Of a stretch of 32,000 nucleotides of DNA, positions 25,592 through 32,000 are shown piece after piece. Numbering within the stretch: the first letter of the stretch is position 1; every line of letters begins with the position of its first letter. Origin of the DNA: Gemmata obscuriglobus. Lineage in GTDB: Bacteria; Planctomycetota; Planctomycetia; Gemmatales; Gemmataceae. A program made the position numbers and the translations under genes. The notes under the pieces are model-generated. The model searched no databases, was not told the origin of the DNA, and saw only the letters and a list, made by a program, of their open reading frames with translations. The stretch spans positions 5,730,001 to 5,762,000 of the forward strand of contig NZ_CP042911.1 of the NCBI RefSeq assembly GCF_008065095.1. Direction: 5' to 3'.

Positions 25592-26118
25592 GACTTTCCC
25601 TCGCGCGACTCAACAGGGGCCGGCGTGCCCGCCAGCGAGCGGATCAGGTCCCGACCGATGGTGACCACCCACACCGGCAGTATGTTGATGAACGCCATGT
25701 ACAGCCCTCCGCCGGTGGCGGTGATCGCGGGCGCGTATTTGCGAATGATCTCCTGCGGGGTCGGGTTGGCGCCGGGGGTGATCGAGTTAAAGGTTTGCAG
25801 GATCGCCGCGACGGTGCCGATTAGCCCCAGCAGCGGGAACCACTCGGCCGCCTGGCACAGGTTCCCGAGCCAGCGGTCGGCCCGCAGGTCGAAGTCCGTT
25901 TCCTGCCACCGCAGCGCGCGCCACGCGAACGCCGTTTGCACGGTGAAAAGGGTGAACCCGATGGCGATGATGATCCAGTCGATGGGGGACTCGGCGACTC
26001 GCGCGAGGTAGTCGCGGCGCGCGTCGGAGGGCACCGCCACAAACACCAGAGCCGCCGTCAGCACCGGGACCGCGGCGAACACCAACGGCAGCACCTGATG
26101 GATCCAGAGCCGGCGCAC
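25588..26118 (-). CDS. MotA/TolQ/ExbB proton-channel family protein (short, divergent)
   Basis: FPLLGLIGTVAAILQTF followed by ITATGGGLYMAFINILPVWVV resembles the conserved last two helices of ExbB/TolQ (PLLGLLGTV ... TT..GL). Four hydrophobic segments are present. The GTG start at 26118 is preceded by GGAGG. Confidence 0.72.
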   Translation of the reverse strand: MRRLWIHQVLPLVFAAVPVLTAALVFVAVPSDARRDYLARVAESPIDWIIIAIGFTLFTVQTAFAWRALRWQETDFDLRADRWLGNLCQAAEWFPLLGLIGTVAAILQTFNSITPGANPTPQEIIRKYAPAITATGGGLYMAFINILPVWVVTIGRDLIRSLAGTPAPVESREGKS

Positions 26119-26271
26119 GGAACCTCCCCTCGCGAGCGGCCGATTCCTCCGGCCGTGAACGCATTAACGGTAGTCGACAGGCCCGCCAGGATAAACGGGG
26201 GCGTGAAGGCAAGGGACGTCTTTTTTGTTACTGTTTATCTTGGCGGGTCCGTCAACGCGTCCGGTTGCGCA

Positions 26272-26658
26272 TCACTTCGCCTCCGCAAGCCATGCGGGCA
26301 TCTCACGGAGCTTGCCGTCACGGCCAACGCACGCGAGTGTGGTGAGCCCCTCTGCGATCAGGACGGCGCCCCGGAACACCTCGTACTTGTGCTCGAGGCG
26401 CACCGGCGAGGTGCGGGTCACCGTGGTGCGGATCGTGAGCACGTCGTCGTAGTGCGCCGGGCTCTTGTACTTCACCTCGGCTTTCGCCACGACCAAAAAG
26501 AACCCCTGGTCTTCCAGTTCCTTATACGACTCCTGCCGCGCGCGGAGCAGTTCCGTGCGGGCCTGCTCGAAGTACACTAGGTAGTTCGCGTGGTGCAGCA
26601 GCCCCATGCGGTCGGTCTCCGCATAACGCACGCGGATCTGAATTTCACCGGTCAGCAT
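26272..26658 (-). CDS. YbgC/FadM-type acyl-CoA thioesterase (4HBT hotdog fold)
   Basis: IQIRVRYAETDRMGLLHHANYLVYFEQARTELLR contains the catalytic Asp context typical of YbgC-like thioesterases. The start is the ATG at 26658, with an alternative GTG at 26670. Confidence 0.85.
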   Translation of the reverse strand: MLTGEIQIRVRYAETDRMGLLHHANYLVYFEQARTELLRARQESYKELEDQGFFLVVAKAEVKYKSPAHYDDVLTIRTTVTRTSPVRLEHKYEVFRGAVLIAEGLTTLACVGRDGKLREMPAWLAEAK

Positions 26659-26727
26659 CTCGGACCTCACAAACGGCCCGCTCGGGCCGGGCCAGTCACG
26701 CGCCCCGTCGCCCGGCGGCGCGGGCGA

Positions 26728-28554
26728 TTACTTGATGAACCCGACGCGGTTCTTTCCCGGGGTCGGTCGGACCGGCGGCCAGCCGAGCTTCCAGTCGAGG
26801 TACAACGGGAAGAACACGAACACCGCCTTTCCCAACATGAGTCGGTCGGGGACGGTCCCCCAGGAGCGGCTGTCGGAACTGGCCGCGCTGTTGTCGCCCA
26901 TGCAGAAGTAGTGCCCGGGCTGCACATAGTAGATGTCGCCCTCGTTGTAGTTGGGCGACGGACCGGAACCCGCGGGCGACCGCAGGCTGAGCGGCAGCGG
27001 GCTGGCGTCCGGGTCCGCGTACTTGGAGCTCTGATCGCGGTTCCAGGTGTAGTAAATGTCGCGGTGCAGGGTGATGTGCCGGACTGTGGCCCCGCCTTTC
27101 GCACCGATCCCGGCCGGCGCCTCCACGTCGTTGGCCCTAATCCACCCCTCTCTGTTGGTGTCGAACTCGTCGTAATCGGTCTCCTTGAGCGGCGTGCGCT
27201 CGTAATCGGCGGCGCCGCCGAAGTCGATCCGCTGACCATCCACCCACACCCAGAGCCGGGCGTCCACGTTGGCGAACCGGAGCCGGTGCGTCCCGGCGGT
27301 CACCGCGCAAGGCCGAGCGCTCAGCTCGGCGTTCTGGCCACCGGACCGCGTGAGTGTGACCTTCCCGTTGCCGAAGGTGGCGCGGAACCGGTCCATTCCG
27401 CGCGACAGTTCCAGGGAGACCTCGGCACCGGGCGCCAACTCGGCCTCGCACTCCAAGATCAGGTCGCCGACCCAGAGTTGCTCGTCGGACTCGGTGGGGC
27501 GGCTGACGTTGTAACCCAGGAAGTTGTCGATGAGCCGGTCGGTGACCTTGGCCTTGTCGGTCGGCCACTCGCCCCGGAGGTGCCTGGCGTCGTCATCGTC
27601 CACACCCCGGCCGCGCTCCCCGACCCGCCACTCGGTGCGGGAGTGCCGGTACCGGAGCCAGTCCAAGCTGTCGCCCTTGTGAGCGAACGCGCGTGGGGCA
27701 GTCGGCGCGTCGGTGGTCCACGCCTCGGGCCGCTCCGGCGCGTGCCACCGCGGTCGGGCCAGTTGTGCGATGTCCTCCGGCTGTCGGTCGTTGTCCCAGA
27801 CGATTCGGCGGTCCGCGAGCAACTGCCCTTCCTCTTTCCGCACGATCCGGAAGCCGCCGTCAATGTGGGGGGGGAAGCCGGCGTTCCGCGACGCCTCGAA
27901 CCGCGCGACCGCCTGCGGGCTGTTCCGGTGCCGGAACCGGGGCTGCCACCAGTCCAGTTTCGGCGCGTCCGGGACGGGGTACGACAACGACGACGTGACA
28001 TACAGGTCGCCGCGGTGGACGGCCAAGGTTTCCCCTCCGGAGCCCATCATCCGCTTGATGTAGTTCTGGGCCGTCTGCTGCGTCTGCGGCGCCTCCGGGT
28101 ACTTGAACACCACCACGTCGCCACGTTCGGGTTCACGGAGGTGGTAGAGCGGTTTCAGCACCAGCACCCGGTCACCGCTGTTGTTACGCGGCCACTCCGG
28201 GAGGTCATCGATTTGCCCCCGGTGCCGGCAGTTGGGGCACACGTAATGCGTGAGCCGCACGAGCTTTCGGTTCTGTAGCGGGTTGTCCGGCGCGTCTCCC
28301 TCGACCTCGCTATGCGAGTTGAGCGGGAACGTGTGGCCGCACTTCGGACAGGGTATAATCTTCTGATAGCCGTAAAGCGTTTCAGCCATCGACCCGGTGG
28401 GGATGACAAACGCTTCGGTGATGAACAGCTTCAGCAAGAGAACCAGAACGACGACGAATACGATCGTCTCGACGACCTCACGGGCCGGATCGCGGTGCGC
28501 CTTTTTCTTCTCGTCTTCGGCGGTCTTGGCGGGATCGGCGGTCGCGGTTGGCAT
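26728..28554 (-). CDS. lepB: Signal peptidase I (S26), giant paralog 2 with a zinc-ribbon insertion
   Basis: Box B is VIPTGSMAETL, box C is GDVVVFKYP, box D is YIKRMMGSGGETL and box E is GDNSAASSDSRSWGTVP. A CPKC...CPNC insertion follows the catalytic Ser motif, and an insertion of more than 300 aa lies between boxes D and E. The ATG at 28554 is preferred over the GTG at 28659. Confidence 0.85.
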   Translation of the reverse strand: MPTATADPAKTAEDEKKKAHRDPAREVVETIVFVVVLVLLLKLFITEAFVIPTGSMAETLYGYQKIIPCPKCGHTFPLNSHSEVEGDAPDNPLQNRKLVRLTHYVCPNCRHRGQIDDLPEWPRNNSGDRVLVLKPLYHLREPERGDVVVFKYPEAPQTQQTAQNYIKRMMGSGGETLAVHRGDLYVTSSLSYPVPDAPKLDWWQPRFRHRNSPQAVARFEASRNAGFPPHIDGGFRIVRKEEGQLLADRRIVWDNDRQPEDIAQLARPRWHAPERPEAWTTDAPTAPRAFAHKGDSLDWLRYRHSRTEWRVGERGRGVDDDDARHLRGEWPTDKAKVTDRLIDNFLGYNVSRPTESDEQLWVGDLILECEAELAPGAEVSLELSRGMDRFRATFGNGKVTLTRSGGQNAELSARPCAVTAGTHRLRFANVDARLWVWVDGQRIDFGGAADYERTPLKETDYDEFDTNREGWIRANDVEAPAGIGAKGGATVRHITLHRDIYYTWNRDQSSKYADPDASPLPLSLRSPAGSGPSPNYNEGDIYYVQPGHYFCMGDNSAASSDSRSWGTVPDRLMLGKAVFVFFPLYLDWKLGWPPVRPTPGKNRVGFIK

Positions 28555-28646
28555 GCGGGCCTCGGTACGAGCAGAGCGAGCGTCGTTCGGTATTCGCTGG
28601 CGCGGGCGGTCAATTTCTGCGCGGTGGCCCGCGGTTGGGGAGCCTG

Positions 28647-30194
28647 TCAGTGCAGCCACCGGAGGCGGGACCAGTCGAGCGACTGGAACACGTGATCACG
28701 CCCGCCGACCGACACCCGACTCAGCCGGAGCGGTTGGTGAATCAGGAATGGTTTACCGATGAACGCGTCCTCCGGCACGCCCGGGTTGGGCCATTTCCGG
28801 CTGTCTTCGGAACTCTGGGTGTTGTCGCCGAGTACGAAATACTCGTGCCGGCCCAGCCGCGCCGGCCGGCTCCCGTGGTCGCGCTCGTCGGTGGTCGTGT
28901 AGTGGATGTCACGGCTCAGCTTCAGGTCGCGAACGATCACCTTGCACCCCCGCGCGGCGATCCGGCGGACGGGACGCGACTCCGGCGATCGGGGCTTCCC
29001 AACGGGGTCCAGATCTGCCGGGGGAATGACCATCCGCCCGTCGAGCGCAAGGGTGACCCGGCGGTCAACGAAGGCGAACTCGAGCCGGTGCTTGTTGCCG
29101 GGGGTGAGCGAGACACCGCCCGCAATGCCCAACCCGCCGCGGCCCTCCTGAACGAGCCGAGCCTGCCCCGCCCCGCGGGCGCCGACGCCGAGCTCCGCCG
29201 TTACGACATCGGCGCCGTCGGAGAGCCGGCACTCGAACGCCGCGTCCCCGGGCGCGCCGACCGCGGCGGCGACCTCGACCTCGCACGTGAGGTAGAAGTC
29301 GTGCGCGGCCGGCTCGCGGTCGCGGCGGATGGGGTATCCGTTGTACGCGTTCCACACGCGCACCGGCTCGGAGTCGCGCGCGTCCAGGTTCCAGTGCCGA
29401 TACCGCACCGCGGCGACCGCTTGCGGGCCGTCGGAAGCGTCGAGGACCAGCGCCCCGTCCTCGATTACGGGGCCGCTCGCCGCGCTGGCGCCGTGCGGAA
29501 GCCGCGGGTCGCCCGGTTCGACCAGCCACCGCGCGCTCCACCCGTCGGGCTTGGGCGCGAAGTTCATGTCGAACACCGGAACGAGAGTCTCCCGGAGTTC
29601 GGCCAGTCCCTTGCGTACCAGCACGTCGTTGGCGTACACGTCGCCGTCGCGGATGGTGATCACCTCACCGGGTAGCCCCACGAGGCGCTTGACGTAGGGT
29701 TTGCCGAACTCCGACCGCTTCGGGTTCGGGCACCGGAAAACGACCATCTCCCAGCGCCGCGGCGCGCGCAGGTCGTAGACGTTCTTGTCCACCAGGAGCC
29801 GGTCGCCGCTCAACTCGCGGGCCGCGGCCAGCGAGAGCGTCTGCTCGCAGTTCCAGCAGAGCACCTTGAGGAAGTGTTCGGTTTCGCTGCCGGAACTGGG
29901 GCGCCCGACGCGCGCCGTCGCGCCGCACCGCGGGCAGAAGCCGTCGCGGTGGTGCCCGCTGAGCGCCGGCGACATGCTGCCGGTCGGGACGCCGAACGGC
30001 TCAAGCGCCGCAGTGCGAACGACGAGAAACAGCCCGACGAACGCGGCCATCACCACCAGCCCCGCGCGGAACGGGGACACGTTCTTGGTGGGCGGCGGGA
30101 GTTCGGCGGTCGGCTCTTTGTGTTCCGCGCGTGGCGTGGGCGCCGCCCCGTCGGGGTCGCCCGGGTTCGTAGCGGGTGTCGGCGTGTCGGTCAT
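28647..30194 (-). CDS. lepB: Signal peptidase I (S26), giant paralog 1 with a zinc-ribbon insertion
   Basis: Box B is GVPTGSMSPAL, box C is WEMVVFRCP, box D is YVKRLVGLPGEVI and box E is GDNTQSSEDSRKWPNPGVP. A CPRC...CWNC insertion is present. It lies directly downstream of lepA. Confidence 0.85.
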   Translation of the reverse strand: MTDTPTPATNPGDPDGAAPTPRAEHKEPTAELPPPTKNVSPFRAGLVVMAAFVGLFLVVRTAALEPFGVPTGSMSPALSGHHRDGFCPRCGATARVGRPSSGSETEHFLKVLCWNCEQTLSLAAARELSGDRLLVDKNVYDLRAPRRWEMVVFRCPNPKRSEFGKPYVKRLVGLPGEVITIRDGDVYANDVLVRKGLAELRETLVPVFDMNFAPKPDGWSARWLVEPGDPRLPHGASAASGPVIEDGALVLDASDGPQAVAAVRYRHWNLDARDSEPVRVWNAYNGYPIRRDREPAAHDFYLTCEVEVAAAVGAPGDAAFECRLSDGADVVTAELGVGARGAGQARLVQEGRGGLGIAGGVSLTPGNKHRLEFAFVDRRVTLALDGRMVIPPADLDPVGKPRSPESRPVRRIAARGCKVIVRDLKLSRDIHYTTTDERDHGSRPARLGRHEYFVLGDNTQSSEDSRKWPNPGVPEDAFIGKPFLIHQPLRLSRVSVGGRDHVFQSLDWSRLRWLH

Positions 30195-30258
30195 TAGGAG
30201 CGCCGTTGGAAACTGCCGAAAGGGTGACCCGCTCCCGGTCCGCCGAAGACACCAAACG

Positions 30259-32000
30259 TCAGTCGTCCGATTCTAATACCGCGAGGAACGCCTCTTGCGG
30301 CACCTCGACCTGCCCGATCTGCTTCATCCGCTTTTTGCCCTCGGCCTGCTTGGCCCACAACTTGCGCTTGCGGGTGATGTCCCCGCCGTAGCACTTCGCG
30401 GTCACGTTCTTGCGCATCGCCGCGATGTTCTCGCGGGCCACCACGCGCGCCCCGATGGCCGCCTGCAGCGCGACCTCGAACAGGTGCCGGTCGATCTCCT
30501 CGCGGAGCTTTTTCAGCACCTGCCGGCCCCGCCGCTCGGCAGACGTCCGGTGGACGATCACCGACAGCGCGTCCACCTTCTGCCCGTGGACGAGGATGTC
30601 GAGCTTCACGAGGTCCGCCGGGCGGAACCCGAGCACCTCGTAGTCCATCGTGCCGTACCCGTGCGTCACCGACTTGAGCTTGTCGTACAGGTCGTAAATG
30701 ACTTCCGCGAGCGGCATCTCGTACACGAGGATGACGCGCTGCTGGCTCAGGTACTCGGTGCGGACGAAGGTGCCGCGGCGCTCCGTACACATGCCCATCA
30801 GGTCGCCGATGTTCCCGGCCGGGATCAGGAAGCTGATGCGCACGATGGGCTCGCGGAACTCCTCGATCAGCCCCGCGTCGGGCACCTCCTGCGGCCCGTG
30901 GACGGTGATCACCTCGCCGTCCCGCTTCTTGATCTCGAACGTCACGTTCGGGGCGGTCTGCACGAGGTTCAGCTCGCTGTCGCGCTCCAGCCGCTGCTGG
31001 ATGATCTCGCGGTGCAGCATCCCGAGGAACCCGCACCGGAAGCCGAACCCGAGCCCGTCCGACACCTCCGGCTGGAACGTGAAGGAGCTGTCGTTGAGCT
31101 TCAGCTTGCCGAGCGCCTCACGCAGGTCCTCGAACTCGTTGTTGTTGACCGGGAACAGGCCCGAGTACACCATCGGCTTCGGCTCTTTGTACCCCGCCAT
31201 CGGTTCCGCCGTGGGGGCGACCGCGTCCGTCACGGTGTCGCCGATGTTGACGTATTCGATGTTCTTGATGTTGGCGGTGAAGAACCCGACCTGCCCGGCG
31301 GACAGCTCGTCGACCTTGGTCGGCTCTGGACGGAACTGCCCCATCTCTGTGATGACGTACTCGCGCCCGGTGCGCATGAGCTTGATGCGCTGGCCCGGCT
31401 TCAGCACGCCGTCCATCATGCGGATGTAAACGACCACCCCTTTGTACGTGTCGAAGTGGCTGTTGTAGATGAGCGCTTTGAGCGGCGCGGCGGGGGAACC
31501 CGCGGGCGGGGGGACGCGGTCGATCACCGCCGCGAGCAGGTCCTCGACGCCGACGCCGGTTTTGCCGCTGACGCGCATGACCTCGTCGGGGTCGACCATC
31601 AGCGCCTGCTCCATCTCGCCGATGACGAAGTCCGGGCGCGCGTGCGGGAGGTCGATCTTGTTCAGCGTCGGAATGATTTTCAGGTTCGCGTCGATCGCGA
31701 GGAACGCGTTCGCGACGGTCTGCGCCTGCACACCTTGGAACGCATCGGCGAGCAGGATCGCCCCCTCGCACGCGGCGAGCGAGCGCGACACCTCGTAGTT
31801 GAAGTCGACGTGCCCCGGCGTGTCGATCAGGTTCAGCTCGTACTTCGTGCCGTTCAGCTCGTAGTAGACCGTGACCGGGTGCATGCGGATGGTGATCCCG
31901 CGCTCCCGCTCCAGGTCCATACTGTCGAGGGTCTGGGCCTTGATGTCGCGCTCAGACACCGCCCCGGTTTTAAGCAGGAACTGGTCGGCCAGCGTGCTCT
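30259..32000 (-). CDS. lepA: Elongation factor 4 (LepA), 5'-truncated by the window edge
   Basis: LDSMDLERERGITI, NLIDTPGHVDF and LNKIDL form the GTPase core, and the C-terminal LepA-specific region GYGTMDY...CYGGDITRKRKLW is present. My manual translation upstream of the track start continues in frame to position 32000 (STLADQFLLKTGAVSERD). Confidence 0.95.
   Translation of the reverse strand, partial: STLADQFLLKTGAVSERDIKAQTLDSMDLERERGITIRMHPVTVYYELNGTKYELNLIDTPGHVDFNYEVSRSLAACEGAILLADAFQGVQAQTVANAFLAIDANLKIIPTLNKIDLPHARPDFVIGEMEQALMVDPDEVMRVSGKTGVGVEDLLAAVIDRVPPPAGSPAAPLKALIYNSHFDTYKGVVVYIRMMDGVLKPGQRIKLMRTGREYVITEMGQFRPEPTKVDELSAGQVGFFTANIKNIEYVNIGDTVTDAVAPTAEPMAGYKEPKPMVYSGLFPVNNNEFEDLREALGKLKLNDSSFTFQPEVSDGLGFGFRCGFLGMLHREIIQQRLERDSELNLVQTAPNVTFEIKKRDGEVITVHGPQEVPDAGLIEEFREPIVRISFLIPAGNIGDLMGMCTERRGTFVRTEYLSQQRVILVYEMPLAEVIYDLYDKLKSVTHGYGTMDYEVLGFRPADLVKLDILVHGQKVDALSVIVHRTSAERRGRQVLKKLREEIDRHLFEVALQAAIGARVVARENIAAMRKNVTAKCYGGDITRKRKLWAKQAEGKKRMKQIGQVEVPQEAFLAVLESDD

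Noticed and set aside
21867-26118. A Zorya-type antiphage system (MotAB-like ZorAB) or a T6SS TssM/TssL pair as an explanation for the stator-plus-NTPase cluster.
   Set aside because: The MotA-like protein is only 176 aa, with no long ZorA-type tail. The partner is ExbD-like and has no OmpA/MotB peptidoglycan-binding domain. No ZorC/ZorD-like helicase or nuclease is present, and no other T6SS genes are present. The ybgC context points to Tol-like ancestry instead.
28555-28659. A longer lepB paralog-2 start at the GTG at 28659, overlapping the upstream lepB stop.
   Set aside because: It is possible, but the extra 35 residues are Arg/Ala-rich with no features. The ATG at 28554 gives a normal short cytoplasmic tail before the TM helix. 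This remains uncertain.
30194-31771. The ORFs 30194-31036 (-), 31118-31771 (-) and 30698-31429 (+) inside lepA.
   Set aside because: They are alternative-frame ORFs within an unambiguous LepA coding frame.

Overview
This is a visibly high-GC chromosomal segment that looks planctomycete, probably Gemmataceae-like. That call is an inference from three things: a DUF1559 / H-X9-DG prepilin-like protein, oversized signal peptidases, and an FG-GAP protein with an LExLExR-type N-terminus. No rRNA, tRNA or CRISPR array was recognised.

From left to right:
- 1-5450: a minus-strand sugar ABC-transporter operon (binding lipoprotein, double-ABC ATPase, start of a permease). Two complete IS elements interrupt it at non-coding positions: an IS4/ISH3-like element at 119-1375 and a frameshifted ISAs1-family element at 4191-5440. 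Both have inverted repeats and target-site duplications that can be read directly.
- 5533-7100: a hypothetical membrane protein, then IS debris made of an IS1-like 5' part fused to an ISAzo13-like 3' part.
- 7186-11709: ribH, a formylglycine-generating-enzyme (FGE) family gene, and cysTWA sulfate import.
- 12097-18602: the DUF1559 pseudopilin-like protein, a GT4 glycosyltransferase, a class-I aminotransferase, an ornithine cyclodeaminase-family protein and ggt.
- 18692-32000: a long run of co-directional minus-strand genes: lepA (truncated by the window edge), two tandem giant lepB paralogs, a YbgC-type thioesterase, a MotA/TolQ/ExbB-like protein, an ExbD/TolR-like protein, a TonB/TolA-like membrane protein, an 846-aa membrane-anchored P-loop GTPase, metF and the FG-GAP/VCBS repeat protein.

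The most interesting candidate is the tightly coupled Tol/Exb-like stator operon. It keeps the classical ybgC-tolQ-tolR-tolA order but ends in a large membrane GTPase where TolB/Pal would be expected.

All functional calls come from reading motifs in the supplied translations. No database search was possible.
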